DNA from: the human T2T-CHM13v2.0 reference genome, Homo sapiens
Length of the DNA: 64,000 nt
Direction: 5' to 3' (one strand)
Assembly (NCBI RefSeq): GCF_009914755.1
Contig: NC_060925.1
Under the pieces are notes generated by a model, which was not told the origin of the DNA, did no database searches, and saw nothing but the letters and a program-made list of their open reading frames with translations. The position numbers were made by a program, and so were the translations under genes. This document shows positions 40,619-61,275 of this stretch, piece after piece (positions within the stretch are counted from its first letter, which is position 1; each line of letters opens with the position of its first letter).

Positions 40619-41419
40619 TGAGATGGAGTCTTGCTCTGTCTCCTAGGCTGGAGTGCAATGGCGTGATCTCAGCTCACTGGTGATCTCAGCTCACTGCAGC
40701 CTCTGATTCTCCTGCCTCAGCCTCCAGAGCAGCTGCAATTACAGGCGCATACCACGATACCCTGCTAATTTTTTGTATTTTGGTAGAGACAGGGTTTCAC
40801 CATGTTGGTCAGTCTGGTCTCGGTCTCCTGACCTCGTGATCCACCCACCTTGACCTCTCAAAGTGCTGGGATTGCAGGCATGAGCCACCATGCCCAGCAA
40901 TATTTTGTATTTTTAGTAGAGATGGGATTTTGCTATGTTGGCCAGGCTAGTCTGGAACTCCTGGCTTCAAGTTATCTGTCTGCCTCGGTTTCCCAAAGTG
41001 TTGAGATTACAGGCGTGAGCCACTGCAATTGGCCCTAATCTTTGAAAACAAAATTTCTAATGATTTTGTAATATAATGTGACTGTCATATAACTTTATCA
41101 TGATTTATTTAACTATTGTCCCATTATAAAGATTTCTATTTCTTCCAGTTTTTTTTTTCCTAATCTAAGTTAGTCTAGACTGTGAGCTTTATGTAGTCTG
41201 GGAATGTCCATCTTGTTCGTCATTCTATCTATCTTCAGTGCTTAACCCACTGTCTCATGTGGAGCAGTGGTTCAGGGAATGTTTTGTTAAGACAATCAAC
41301 AGTTTTGAACAAAACTGATTATTTCTTTAAGTTAAAATCTATGAAGGGCTATTACTGGGTTAAAAGATAAAACTTTTTAAAGGTTCTCAATAATTTATTT
41401 TTGATTTTTTTTTATTCAG

Positions 41420-41524
41420 AATAAGAAACAAGGATGTAAAAATGAGGAGGTACTCGCTGTACTAGGCCATGAACTGGGGCACTGGAAGTTGGGACATACA
41501 GTCAAAAATATCATTATTAGCCAG
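41420..41524 (+). CDS. ZMPSTE24: ZMPSTE24 exon 8 with HExxH zinc-binding motif
   Basis: [35 protein letters not shown]; HELGH at 41468-41482; donor gtaagt; 105 nt. Confidence 0.98.
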
Positions 41525-41850
41525 GTAAGTGTGGAGTGACAATTCTTTTTTTATGGCATGATAGTCAAATTAGAACTATGGCAGGCATGAGAGGTCATAT
41601 AAGAGAGGCCAAGGCAGACACCACAGCCAGGCTACCTGGTTTCCTATCACAGCTCCCTGACTTACTACCTGTGTGACCTCAGGCAAGTTCCTTAACCTCT
41701 GCCTCTGTCCCCTCATTGAATGATAATACCTCATAGGACTGGTTAAGAATTAAGTGAGTTAATACATGTAAAGAGTTTAGACTAGCACCTGGAACATGGT
41801 GAGTACTATATAAATTATTGTTATCACCACCATCATCACCTCCAGAGTAA

Positions 41851-42039
<189 letters not shown>

Positions 42040-42042
42040 TGA

Positions 42043-42920
<878 letters not shown>

Positions 42921-42957
42921 TAATCCCGGCACTTTGGGAAGTTGAGATGGTGGATCA

Positions 42958-43311
<354 letters not shown>

Positions 43312-43381
43312 CTATATCATGTTGACTAGTTCTGAGCATATGTGGCCTTAACTGAATCTTCAGTGGATTTTCAGACCTTTA

Positions 43382-43528
<147 letters not shown>

Positions 43529-43699
43529 TTAGCTGGGCTTGGTGGTATGCACCTGTAGTCCCAGCTACTTGGGAGGCTGGGATGGGAGGATGGCTTGAGT
43601 CCAGGAGATCAAGGCTGCAGTGAGCCATGATCACACCACTGCACTTCCAGCCTGGGTGACAGACCCTGTCTCTAAAAAAAATTAAAATAAAAAGGCCAG

Positions 43700-45530
43700 C
43701 TGGTTCTGGGTGATGGATTATATGGGAAGACTTGTGAACTCCTGTGGGCACTTTCCTATATCTTTAGGTATAGAAATGCATTCCTTGGCCTGAAGCTATG
43801 TTGTGTGGATACATGGCACTGAGTAAGATTAAATAAGTCCAGGTCCAAGTTCAATTGAGTTTTCAGTCTAATAAGGAAAATCACTGCCCCTTCCATGAGG
43901 GAAAGGGTTCCAATGGAATCAGCCTACCACAAGGTGGCTAAATGGTCCCTGAGATGTGGTACCTTATCAAGGCTGGGATTGATTGCTTCTCTGGACAGAT
44001 TGGGCATATGGCATGCGCCAGTGAGGAGGGTATCTGTGTTGACTAATACATTAACTCCATCTTTGTCGCTGTGGCCACTCTATTCATAAGTCCCTTGACC
44101 AAGTCATGGAGCGGCTACAGAGAAAGGCTAGCTGACCTTCACAGAGCAGGTGTCTTCCCCACTTGACCAAGAGCCTCCTTGACCATGGGACTCTTTGGGT
44201 GAACATTAACATTAGGCCAACTGTAGTCAAACTCTATAGTCCAAACAGTAATTTTGGAAGTTTTTCACATACCTCTTTTCCAAATCTCGTTAGCCATCCT
44301 CTACTTTTTTCCAAGGCCCTAATAATTCAGCCGAACCATTTTTTTCCCACTGCCAATAAATTAGGATATATATCCTTGCCTCAGGCTCTCTCTCCTCCCA
44401 GGCTGAGTAGACAGTGAGATATACACCTTAAAGTTCACCTCACCGAGAGTAATTCCCTTCACCACTGCCTTCCAAGACCATCCCTGAGTGGCTCTGTAAT
44501 ACCACAGCAGTCCACTTTCATCTGGTGCCAGCATATTGTATTAAGTTATTGTAAAATAGGCTCTGATTTTGTTCCTGTTCAACTAATTGATTATAGGGAA
44601 CAGCATATGAGTAAGGGTTGGTTGAGGGTTGTTGGTGGTAGGAGTTGGTGTACTAGAGTATGAGCCATCTGCTTATTTAACTTACTGGTGCCTTCATAAC
44701 TTGCTTCATTTCCACTCTTATATCTACCACTTGTCCTTGATGATGAAGTGCTTCTGCGCATAGCAGTTTCCTGGCTAGGCAGATTAACAGATTAACATAG
44801 CACCCAGTTCAGAAGGGATAGTTCAGTTTGCAGGATCACAGTATCCCATGGCCAGGAATTCAGTCTGTAGTAGGGCCCAGTAGCAAACCAAAAGTTATTT
44901 TTCAAAAGGACAATGGTTACTTGACAAAAGTGGATGCATAGATTATAAGTGTAGGAGACTTCACTGAGTTTTCTGTTGGAGCTTGTCATATTGGATCCAC
45001 TGAGTTATAAGGATGAGTGTCGAAGCTGCTTGTCCTGGGGCAGCTGGTGAGCCTTCTTATGCTCTAAGCCCCATTCTAAGCTGACAGCTTCTTGGGTCAT
45101 CTCGTTTGGGTCAAATGGTTTGAAGCAACACACTTAAATAAGGTACATGTGGCCTCCAAGATCCTAATTTGCACAGAAAAAGAATGTTGTGTGTTCTCCA
45201 ACCTTACTCCAAGAGGTTGTATTTTGGTATAGATTTTTTATTTTTTTCTCCTCTCATTTATTGATCAAGATGGATCTACTTTTCCCCCTGACCTTTCTAA
45301 CTATCTGGTACAGCTCCAGTGGGCCTAGAGAGGATTCAAGGGAAGCCTGTTTCTTTGGAGCCTCCGCTTCAAAGTCAGGTGGGAGGCGTTGTATCTGATT
45401 ACAGTGTTATAAAACAAGGCCAGAATCCATTCTAGCCCTTCACCCTTTTACAGAGAGAAAATATCCCATTGCTATTGACCACTTCAAACCCTCAATGATA
45501 GGAGCCTCAACTTAAGCTTGCCCTTATAGA
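43700..45530 (-). mobile_element. ERVL-type endogenous retrovirus internal (pol) fossil
   Basis: Minus-strand decayed translation YE*SGHSDKDG...CPIC...DHLATLW*ADSIG..SWKGQ matches ERVL RNase H/integrase motifs; boundaries approximate. Confidence 0.6.
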
Positions 45531-45564
45531 AAATGATACAGTTTATACATTTGGGAACATTTTA

Positions 45565-45895
<331 letters not shown>

Positions 45896-45899
45896 TTAA

Positions 45900-46281
<382 letters not shown>

Positions 46282-46360
46282 TTATACTTTATGGATGCTA
46301 CTGATCCCATAGTGAAATCAGCTTGGTAATAACTTAGAAATTTCATGTCCTTCTTTCTAG

Positions 46361-46519
<159 letters not shown>

Positions 46520-47309
46520 TAAAATTATCACACATATGCTCTTGCCTGCTTCAAATCTAGAGCTTTCAGGATAGTGAAAAAGGAAATAGAACAGTACAGT
46601 TTTAACAAATAGATGAAACAAAGTCTTTTAGTCCCCTGATTCACTGGTCAGTATGACAAAGTAGCAGAAAAATTCAAGCCCAAATAAATAAACGTTTGCA
46701 TACTCTTAGGAAAGTATAAGTAGAAAACTAGACTTCAGTGGTGAACACCTAAAAGGACTCGGTAGATGGAGATTAACTATTGGAATGTTGTGTCCTAGGC
46801 CACATATTCACCAGTGCTTGGGTAAAAATCTTATGTGTATGAGGGGACAAAGCAAACACTAATTGGTACAGCTCAGTAAGGGAGGCTTAGTGACTGTTCC
46901 TCTGCTCCATGACCACCTGCCTCCATATAGCCTGAGGGATCCACCCAAACCCACAAAATCAAAATCGGGTATTTTGTGGTAAATGAAACTTAAGAACATT
47001 GCTCTGTGTTAGCTCATTAGGGGTATTCCGTGTGAGTGATAATACATAGGTTAATGTGAGACTATATAACAAACCTGACAATGGCATCATTTCATGATGT
47101 TTGGTAAGGCTTCCAAATTAAGCTAAGAAATAATATTGAAGATCTTGAGGTATCTCCATTCAGAAGAATTCTTTCTTGGGATAGATTGTAGAGTTAAGAT
47201 GAGCTAAATGAATTATATTTTTCTATTATGTATGGTGGGGACACCAGGAAAGAAAAATGGAGGGGCATAGATCATATTCATATAGCATTGTCCACATAAA
47301 CAAAAATAA

Positions 47310-47471
<162 letters not shown>

Positions 47472-47903
47472 TGAATAGCTGGGACTACAGGCACCCATCA
47501 CCACGCCCAGCTAATTTTTGTATTTTTACTAGAGACAGGGTTTCACCATGTTGGCCAGGTTGGTCTCGAACTCCTGACCTCAGGTGATCCACCTGCCTCA
47601 GCTTCCCAAAAGTGCTGGGATTACAGGTGTGAGGCACCACACCCGGCCTGAGCATGACTTTTGAGTCTCATGTCAGCACTCAAAAGTTTCAGATTTTGGA
47701 ACATTTCAGATTTCAAGTTTTTGGTTAGGGATGTTTAACTTTTATATGTGTTTCTGGCCTGTTTGCTTGGGGGAGAATAAGGCTCAATTTATAATTTCCT
47801 CACCCTAGGTCCCCTAAATATTAGTGACCTTTCTTTTGTCCTGCCATTCCTCTTATCCCAAGCCAAACTTCTCTACAGTCTCAGCTCATGGAACCTTTAG
47901 TAA

Positions 47904-48176
<273 letters not shown>

Positions 48177-49690
48177 GATGTCCAGGATCTGTGACTGAAG
48201 ACATTTCTGATTATTTCTGTCCTGGCAGCATGTTCCAGCTCTTGATGTTTTTAAACTTTTTTTTAGAAGAAAAATTAAGTACAGAAAAGCCCAGATTTAA
48301 ATACATTTAATATGTCATTTTAAAAATGATTTTAATAATTCATTTCTTAAAACACTGAATGAATTTTGAAGCTTAATGTTTTTAAAGGCATAGTTTTATC
48401 TTTGACATCTAATTTACCATCAAGTTGTAAAATTATTTGGAAAAATACAGAACTCGTTTTATTTGTATACTTATATGGAATCTGCATGTGAGGTGTTTGA
48501 GGGCATATGTTTGAAAGAGGGAGCATCACCACAGGAATCCTTTCTGTGAGGTGGAAACAGTGGTCCTGAATCATTGTGCTCACACCTAACTTGAAATCTG
48601 GTCTTACTTTCATGCTGTTATGATTTCACCTGGTGAATCAGTGTTTTAAATAAGAAAGGTAATAGTTGGTAAGGCCAATGTTATTTAAATGAAAGTAGTT
48701 AGAAAAATGCTCTCCTATTCTACCAAATTTTTAATTTCTTTCTTCCCTTTCTTGCTACACAGTGATCAAGAGTTTCTCATAGTGCTTTGAAGTTAGAAAT
48801 TATGTATAGGATATTTTAAATCATTGAGTTTTGTGGGGTTTTTTTGTTTGTTTGTTTCTTTTGTTTTTTGGAAAATCCGTGTCTTTATCTTTTTTTCCCA
48901 CGTGGTAGATATGATCCCATTGGAGGTAAATTGTAGCTTCTTCTCATTCATGCAGTAAATAATACATCCTTTCACTCAGCAGAGATGGCCATATTAAACA
49001 CGTTTTGCTATGTTAAAAGTGGCAGAACAGGAAAGACGAATTAAAAATAACATTTTTTAAGCGACATAAGGATGAAATACTGATGAATCTCTGTGACATT
49101 ACAGGGAAAAAAATATAGTTTTCTATCTCTTTCAAGGGCAGAAGAGTTTTCATTTTTATTTTTGTAATTTTATCTGTAAGTCATAAATATTACTTAATCA
49201 GGCCTGATTCTACTTTTGAAAATTACAGTTCTTGAAATGCAGATAATGTTTACTTTGAAAACAAATGTCATGAATGATTTCCAGTTTTTAAAGCTATATG
49301 TTTCACTGCTTCATATCTCTGTCCACTTTCTGAATGAGAACTTATTTTGTGCCTAGAGCTCTCACTCACTGATAATGCTTATTACCTTCTGGGCATTTAT
49401 TCCAAAGTGGGATCAACTGTACGCCTTTGGTATCTGACCATAAAGTCTTTTGCTCCGCTGACATTTGGGTGATGTCTTCACATGGAAATATAATAAAAAT
49501 AAAAATCTAGTTTAATACTGCATTATTTATTTTCCTAAGGCTAAAGAGGAGCAGTCCTATGCTTTTATTCAGCATCCTTTATCTGTGACTTCATGCTCTG
49601 ATAACTGCCTTTCCTTCCTTCTGTGCCTTTGAATACAAATTTCAGTTCTGCAAAAGTGAAACATTAAACATTGCCAACGCAAATGTATGT
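48177..49690 (+). other. ZMPSTE24: ZMPSTE24 3' UTR with polyadenylation signals
   Basis: Repeat-free AU-rich sequence; tandem AATAAA 49492-49503; ATTAAA 49663-49668 followed by a GU/U-rich element. Confidence 0.75.
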
Positions 49691-50493
49691 ACTTTGTCTT
49701 TAGTTTGATATTTGTGTATCATTTTTTTAATTTGTGTATCATTTGTTACCTGAACATATGTTTATTACCTGAGAGGAACTGGGTGCTAGCAATGAAGAGT
49801 GGAATGAAGAAATAGCCCTAATGATGAGTGGTGTCAGTGCCACCACTGTGCTTTACACAGAGTCTCTTCAGTGTCTTGCTCCTGCTTTGCTCCAGAGTAT
49901 CACCAGTTCTTGCAGATATTTCCTTGGAAGCTTCATTTGGAATCATTCCTTCTCTATTTTTATAACCTCAAATTGTTGGGCCTGCCTGGTCTGCTCCAGC
50001 TGCCTCTTTGGTTTTCCTTACATATGGTGGCAGTAATTAGCTTTTAAATATGTGACTGACTTAGTCACCCACACTTTATGGATGGCAGAGGCATAGGGAT
50101 GGCCAAAAGGATACTGGTAGGTTCCTAAGAAATTGACCAATCAAGGGAAGAGTAGATAGGCCCACCAACGAAGGAATAGATGGCACTCTGCACCCTAAGA
50201 AAGACCTGGTGGATGTGCAGCAGGGGCAAAATTGAGTAGGTCAAAGCCTTGGGTAAAATGGCACAACTCCAGCAGAGTTAAGCTCTGAATCTAAGGTTGA
50301 ATCTCTGTTGTGTGTATATACTGGCTTTATCTGAGTTGGCCCTTTGCTGAGGTCTGAGAACTGCTTGTAAATTCTGCCTCTGTTTAGGATAGGAGAATTC
50401 CCAGGATCAGTTCAGTGGTTTTAGTACCAAATGATGGTCCCCGCTTGCCCTTATATTTTATATGCTCACTGTTACCCCTGATCCTACATGTGA

Positions 50494-53865
<3,372 letters not shown>

Positions 53866-56055
53866 TCAGCAGCAGCAGGTGTGGGACTCTCCCCACAGGC
53901 TGCATTCTAGAGGTGCAGTGTGGTGTTGAACCTTTGCAAAGGGGCTGGGCTGTCTTGGTGCAATGCCCTTTCTGTTAAGCTTCTAAATCCCCCTTTTCCT
54001 AATTGTAAACAGGGGAATTGAGTTCCTACTTTTTTTTTTTTTTTTTTTTTTTTTGCATCAGACTGTTGCCTCCCAAGATTCAGCTGTCAAAGGGCAGGTC
54101 CCTGTTCTCAGTAGGTGAGGGAATAAAACTCGGACACTGGGCCATCTCAGAACACATCTCAGCCACACACAAGTGGAGACCAGATCCCTTCCTTCCTGGT
54201 TTGATGATTGGTGGGATCTTCCTCTGAGCATCCTGAACATATTCATTTAATAAATATTTATTGAGCACCTGCTGTGTGCCAGGCACTGTTTGATGTGCTG
54301 CAGAATAGAACAGCAAATAAGAGCAAAAGTTTCCACCCTCGTGGAGCTTATATTCTAGTGCTTTATGTTGAATAGTGCTAAGTGTGGAAGACAAATAATA
54401 AAGCAGAATGGTATTCTGGAATATCAGGGTAAGGATGAGGTCAGTTTTTGAATAAAGACCTGAAGCAAGGTCACTGGCAGTGATATTTTGGGGAAGAACA
54501 TTCCAAACAGGGCATGGCTTGTGTGTTGTACACGTGTTAGAGGGACAGCATAGGCTGGTATGGCTGCAGTGGAATGTACCAGAGTCTAAGCACAGAGTTG
54601 AGTTTAGAAAGGCATATAGGAGATTCGTAGATCACAGCAAATGGTCTGAGTGAAATTTACCCACCAGGGAGTCTTACGTAGGCTACCAACCACTGGTCCT
54701 TAGGGATTAGCCCCCTTTCAGCCCCTTCAAATTGCTGTCAGAAGGAATGAGGTGTAACTGCATGAGATTTGTGAATCATCAGCCTCTCTGTGGTGCTGAA
54801 ACCCTCCAGTGGACCATCTCTGGGAATGCTGCAGAGAGGGATAAGGAAAGGGCCCCAGGTAAGGTGCATCAAGAGACTTCAAGGAGTAGAGTGGCTCTCT
54901 AAACCTAAGGTTCCAGGCACTAGGAGCAAGTGAGGGATCCAGCCTAGGGAAGGGAGAACCCTCCTCCCCACCAGGTATGTAATACCTGAGAGCCTGCCCA
55001 AGGCTTGGCTTCAGCTGCCTCCTGCAGCTCACATCCTCTCCCTTCCTCCTCTGTGCCCTGCACTCCAGGGGGCCCTTGGCGGCTACAGTGGCAGCATGGC
55101 CTTCTCTGGGGACTGAGATGCTGTAACTTGGGAATTGCCCAAGCACTGAGGGTGAAGCCACATCAGTGGCCCTCAGTCTAACCCCACTGTGTCCCTCCTG
55201 TGTCCCTGGATTGGGGTAGGGGGGGCTGAGATGTCACTAGTGATAAATGTGTGTTGAGGGGAGGAGGGAGGAGGGAGGATGGGCTAGTGGAGGGCAGTGG
55301 GGAGGAGGAGGAGGGCAAGGATGCGTCAGCATAGAGGGGACTTGGAGCCAAGTTTGTGGTAAGGTGGGAGGGTCTAGGCTTCCGCACATGCTTGGACTTC
55401 AGGCTGGAGTCCCCGAGCCTCAGCCCCTTCCCCCCCTTCCCCTCCTCTTCCTCCTTGAAGGCCTACAGAGCTATGGGCTGGGAACCCCCAGGTGGTACAG
55501 ATCAGATCTGAGCTAGTCTCTCCCGGACTTTTTTCATCCAAGTCCATATCTGTTTTTCTCATGAACCTGGAAACCCCTGGAAGGCAAGAACAAGGTCTTC
55601 CAATCTTTCACTACCAGCTCCTACCCCAGGGCCAGCACACCGTGGGTGCTGAAACTCACAGAGGACCTTCCAAGTGGCAGACCCCGGCGAGACACTGGGT
55701 GTGCTATACTGGCATGAACAAGATACAGGTGAGTCCTTGCCACAGTTGTACAAAGGCTCAAAAGGGATTCACCCAAAGTTACACAGCAGGTCAGCATCCT
55801 GCTTCCATTCCTAGGTTCCTCCCACAGATGTTCCTCAAAACTGCCATGCTATCCTAATGCTCAGAATTCAGGTGCCCAGAGAAAACGCCCCATCCTTCCC
55901 TCCCCCTCCAGAGCCTCTGTCCTTCCTGCCTGGGCAATGGAGGCCCAGCAACAACTGCCCCATCCACAAGAAGAGAAGCCCAACAACTCCTCTATCCTAG
56001 TTAACTCCAGGATAGAGTAACTCCAATATCCTGGTTTGTACCCAACTTGGGAGCT

Positions 56056-56061
56056 TTTATT
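56056..56061 (-). terminator. COL9A2: COL9A2 polyadenylation signal
   Basis: TTTATT on plus = AATAAA on minus, about 630 nt after the stop. Confidence 0.65.
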
Positions 56062-56687
56062 TACAGAAAGGCCTGGGTGGATCGGGGAGAAAGGGGTGGG
56101 GAGTTATGCGAGAAAGAGAAGGGAGATGATGTTTAAATACTGAGCTGGGAGGCAGGGAAGGAAGTAGTGGGGCTGGCTTAAGGGTATAGCCGCCTCAGGG
56201 GAGTCACCCAGCAGCAGTCACCTGGTAGGTCCAGAGAGTGAGATGGGATCAGGAACTGGCATAGACCTCAGTCATTGGTCCTCAAGCTGAGGGGTGGAAC
56301 TGTAGCTGGGCAGGGCCCGGGCCTCCCGAGGTGCCCATGTCCCACTGACCCAAGGACAAGATGGCCAGTGGAGAAAGGTGCAGATTAAGATGTTTGTTTT
56401 GGTAACAGCCGAATGATGCTCGCTGGAAGGAAAGCCGCCCTATTCCTTCAGCGCTTCGACTCCATCGACACCACTTGCCCTGTGTGTTGGCCTCACTTTT
56501 TCACCCATCAGTGCTCTACCTCCCCTTCCCCCATGTTTTAGAATTCCTTTTCCTTAGGACTCCTGAGTCCCAGACAGAAGGTCCTGGGGGAGATGGTTTC
56601 CTGGACTGGGGATGGGTGCATGTCCACCCAGAGGGGACCTGGTCCTTCCCGCCAGGATGCCTGCCAGGCTCTGTCTGGGCCTGATGC

Positions 56688-56912
<225 letters not shown>

Positions 56913-57317
56913 TTAGGGGCACCTCTTGTCTCAGGCCCAGAATTTTGAAGGTGGGGAAACTTTTCAGATGGAGAAAATGAGGCCAAAACACCATAGGAGA
57001 AAGGACTCTGCCCCAGAGGCAGAGATTCTGTGATTGTCCCCTACCCCCAGCTCCCAATCAGTGAGCTTTGGGAGCAAACATCCCTTCCATCACCTCTGTG
57101 AAGTGATGGTGGTGGATCCTGGGAAGTCCTGAGAGGCCCAGCTTCCAGAGCTGGAACCACCCAGAGACTCCGGGGTGCTCCAAAGGGGTGCAGAAGCTGG
57201 GTATCAAGGACTGAGCTGGCTGAGCGTGAGGCCGCCATGGAGGAGACCGCAGTGTCCACACGTCATTAATTCCCAAGCTGAGGAACACACTGCAGCTGGG
57301 CAGGGCCAATGGCTTAC

Positions 57318-57395
57318 CTGGGATCCCTGGGGGCCCAGGCATCCCGGGGTGCCCCCGTCCCACTTCTCCTGGATCACCCTTCTCTCCACGTTTTC
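57318..57395 (-). CDS. COL9A2: COL9A2 exon 31
   Basis: GKRGEKGDPGEVGRGHPGMPGPPGIP; 78 nt; donor gtaagc. Confidence 0.96.
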
Positions 57396-58088
57396 CTGTA
57401 GACAAAAAAGGAAATCTTCATTTTTCAGAATTGGAAAATGCTTTTCCTCTATTTTTTGCTATGTTTCACGCAAAGAAATTATTCCTGTTTTGTGCTAGTT
57501 TGTAATAGAGGAAAGTTGGAAATGGTCACGCAGGGCTTGTTAAATAAAGGAAGGTGCAGACAAAGGATGGAAGATTATGTAACCAATAAAGTTTATTACA
57601 GGAAAGCAAGCATAACAATATCTAGCATTTACTGTGTCTCAGTGAACTAAGACAAACTCTATGTAAACTACTCTAAGGATAGTCCTCACTGCCACATGAT
57701 GAGGTTGGTACTTTCAGTGTCCCCATTTTACAGATAGTAAACCTAAGGCCCAGGGAAATTAGCAGGTAACTCGTCTGAGAGCCACGATGAGAAAGGGGAG
57801 TCTGGATTCACACCCGTGTGTGGCTCCAGCCTGCCTGCTTTACTGCTCTGCTGGTCTGCCGCCCCATCTCTATTGACATGGAAAGATGCTTATGGGGTAC
57901 CACTAAGCACATTCAAAAACAAACCCCAGAAACCCCGAGTGATAACATAGTACATTCATTGCCATCCGTTTGCTACTAGGAAAGAGCCCAGGAGTGTCTC
58001 CTGGACCATGTGGCTGAGGAACCGGGGAAGGGTCTGTATGTCATCCTGAGAAGGGAATGGGGAAAGGGCCGGCCTGGACAAATCCTCA

Positions 58089-58349
<261 letters not shown>

Positions 58350-58636
58350 CTATGAGATGGGTGTCAGCAGTAACACTAGGGGAGGCAGAGCATTCCGATG
58401 GGCCCTGGCCCCTAGGTTTGCAGACAGAAAAGCACCACCTTCCGTGGGCTCTGTTTTGCGGAAGTCAAAGGCCCAGAGTGACTTATTCAAGGTCCCAAAA
58501 CCCTTCAGAGACTGGACTGGAAGGAGCCCCCAGGACTCCAGATTTTCAGACAAGTGAACACGTGGAGGCTCCGGGAGGGGGTGAGGGGGCGGCGATGCCC
58601 TCGAACTGACTGTGAGGAGGGGTTGCTGCCCCTCAC

Positions 58637-58691
58637 CTTGCAGCATCTTCAGCGCCACATCCACGATGTGCTGGTCAGTGGCATCCCGGCC
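58637..58691 (-). CDS. COL9A2: COL9A2 exon 29 (NC2)
   Basis: GRDATDQHIVDVALKMLQ; 55 nt. Confidence 0.95.
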
Positions 58692-59017
58692 CTGAAAGCA
58701 GAGGCCTTTCAGGAAGAAGCCCCTGGCTACAAGGGCCCACCGCTCCTATCCCACCTGGCTGAGCGTGAGGCCGCCATGGAGGAGACTCTGGTGTTGAGTC
58801 ATTAATTCCCAAGCTGAGGAACAGATTGTACCTGGGCAGGGCCAAGGGCTTACTTGGGAAGGTCGCGGGGTAATCCCTCAGGCTGCACTCACAGCCTTCC
58901 TGTCTGCTCTGGGGCTTGGAACCAGTCTCGGGGAAGTCGGTGAGTCTCTGGGAATCCCTAGCCTTTGGCGGGTAAGCCGCACCCCAGAACAGATCTACCT
59001 AGAAGAAGCACCTCCTA

Positions 59018-59308
<291 letters not shown>

Positions 59309-59312
59309 TCAC

Positions 59313-59345
59313 CTGTCCCTTGGGCCCCGGCTCGCCGGACTCGCC
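59313..59345 (-). CDS. COL9A2: COL9A2 exon 27
   Basis: GESGEPGPKGQ; 33 nt; cag/gtgagt. Confidence 0.95.
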
Positions 59346-59433
59346 CTGCAGGCACAAGGAGCAGCGGTCACGAAGCCGCGGGGACCCCGGGGCCAGCCGC
59401 CGCTCCCCGCCCTTCCCTAGGCCGCGCGCTCAC

Positions 59434-59478
59434 CTTCTCGCCTTTCTCTCCGGGGAGGCCGGCCACCCCTGGGTCACC
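59434..59478 (-). CDS. COL9A2: COL9A2 exon 26
   Basis: GDPGVAGLPGEKGEK; 45 nt. Confidence 0.95.
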
Positions 59479-59569
59479 CTGCAGAGAGAACCACGGGTCA
59501 GACGCGCGGTGGCGGCGGGGACGCAGAGCAGGGTTGGGGGTCGCTGGGAACAGGGGTGCTGGAACTCAC

Positions 59570-59605
59570 CACTTTGCCGCGGGGCCCGGTCTTCCCTGGG
59601 GAGCC
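59570..59605 (-). CDS. COL9A2: COL9A2 exon 25
   Basis: GSPGKTGPRGKV; 36 nt. Confidence 0.95.
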
Positions 59606-59825
59606 CTGGAGAAAGCGGGCAGTGAGGGGTTTGGCGAGCTCCCCCCTCCACGGGGTCCCCCACCTAACTTTCGGCCACACCCCTCTTTCCAACTCCGCCT
59701 CGCCGACCAGACCAGAACCCTGAGATCCGCAGGTTTGGAGGCTCCGGAAGGATCTGAGTCCTGCCGACCCCACTCCCCCTGTTATAGGGCCCCTTTCCCA
59801 GGTGTTTCCCAGCCCCATCTGGCAC

Positions 59826-59897
59826 CTTGTCTCCTTTGACGCCTGGCAAGCCTTGGGGCCCTGGAATTCCGGGGGGGCCCTGCTCCCCCTTAGGGCC
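59826..59897 (-). CDS. COL9A2: COL9A2 exon 24
   Basis: [24 protein letters not shown]; 72 nt; weak gtgcca donor. Confidence 0.94.
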
Positions 59898-59981
59898 CTG
59901 AGGAGAAAAGAAACCAAAGGAATAAATGGAATGAGGGGCCTGGATATGACGCCCTGCCCACCTTAGCTGGCCTGCACTCAC

Positions 59982-60035
59982 CTGCCTTCCCTGAGGGCCT
60001 GGTTGCCCCACTGGACCCCTCTCGCCTTGGTCACC
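59982..60035 (-). CDS. COL9A2: COL9A2 exon 23
   Basis: [18 protein letters not shown]; 54 nt. Confidence 0.95.
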
Positions 60036-60299
60036 CTGAAATGGAAAGAGAAGGTCACAACCTCAGCAGCTCTCAGCAGGGGTAGCCTCCCGCACCGAGG
60101 CCTGGCACCGCATGGTCAGGGTGCCCTCCATTCCTGCTGTCACTGGCAGGGGGTCCTTTCTCCACTTGGCAGACCAGCAAAGCAAACCTAGGCCCTGCCT
60201 GGGGAGGCATCTCACGGGCTGCACGGAGCAGATGCTGTATCCAGCAGTGCCAGCTGCCGCAGAGGCCCCCGGGGAGGGGCCATTGTGCCAGGCACTTAC

Positions 60300-60353
60300 C
60301 TTCTGTCCCATGATGCCCTGGGGACCAATTTCTCCTCGAGGCCCTGGCTCTCC
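60300..60353 (-). CDS. COL9A2: COL9A2 exon 22
   Basis: GEPGPRGEIGPQGIMGQK; 54 nt. Confidence 0.95.
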
Positions 60354-60379
60354 CTGGAGGAAGGAGAAATTGGGGCTAA

Positions 60380-60842
<463 letters not shown>

Positions 60843-61221
60843 TGAGCCACCGCGCCCGGCGTGATCATTTATTTCATGTCTATTTCTTCCATTAAACTAT
60901 ACCCTCCATATGAAGAGGAGACTCATAGTTGCAAGTGTTTAGTGAATGTTTATGCAATGAATAAATGAACGAACAACTCTGCCTGTTGGATTCCCAGCCC
61001 ATCAACTTGGCCATCTAGGAAAGTCACACTCCAGAACAGAGCCAGTCCCCACCCTCCCTGCAATGTACATAGGGAAACAGGCCCAGGGAGGAGAAAGAGC
61101 TTCCCTGAATCATTGGGTCAGGGCAGAGCCAGACTAACTCGGAGCTCTCCCTAGGTTAGGGCTCCACCCCATGGCCTCACCCTAAAGCAGGAACCCTTGT
61201 GTCAGTGCAGGGGGCATTTAC

Positions 61222-61275
61222 CTCTTTCCCAGGGGGACCAGAGAATCCAGGAAGGCCCTGCGGGCCCGGCTCACC
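61222..61275 (-). CDS. COL9A2: COL9A2 exon 21
   Basis: [18 protein letters not shown]; 54 nt. Confidence 0.95.

Noticed and set aside
55990-56017. 9-bp stem hairpin near the COL9A2 cleavage region
   Set aside because: Short enough to arise by chance; no supporting evidence
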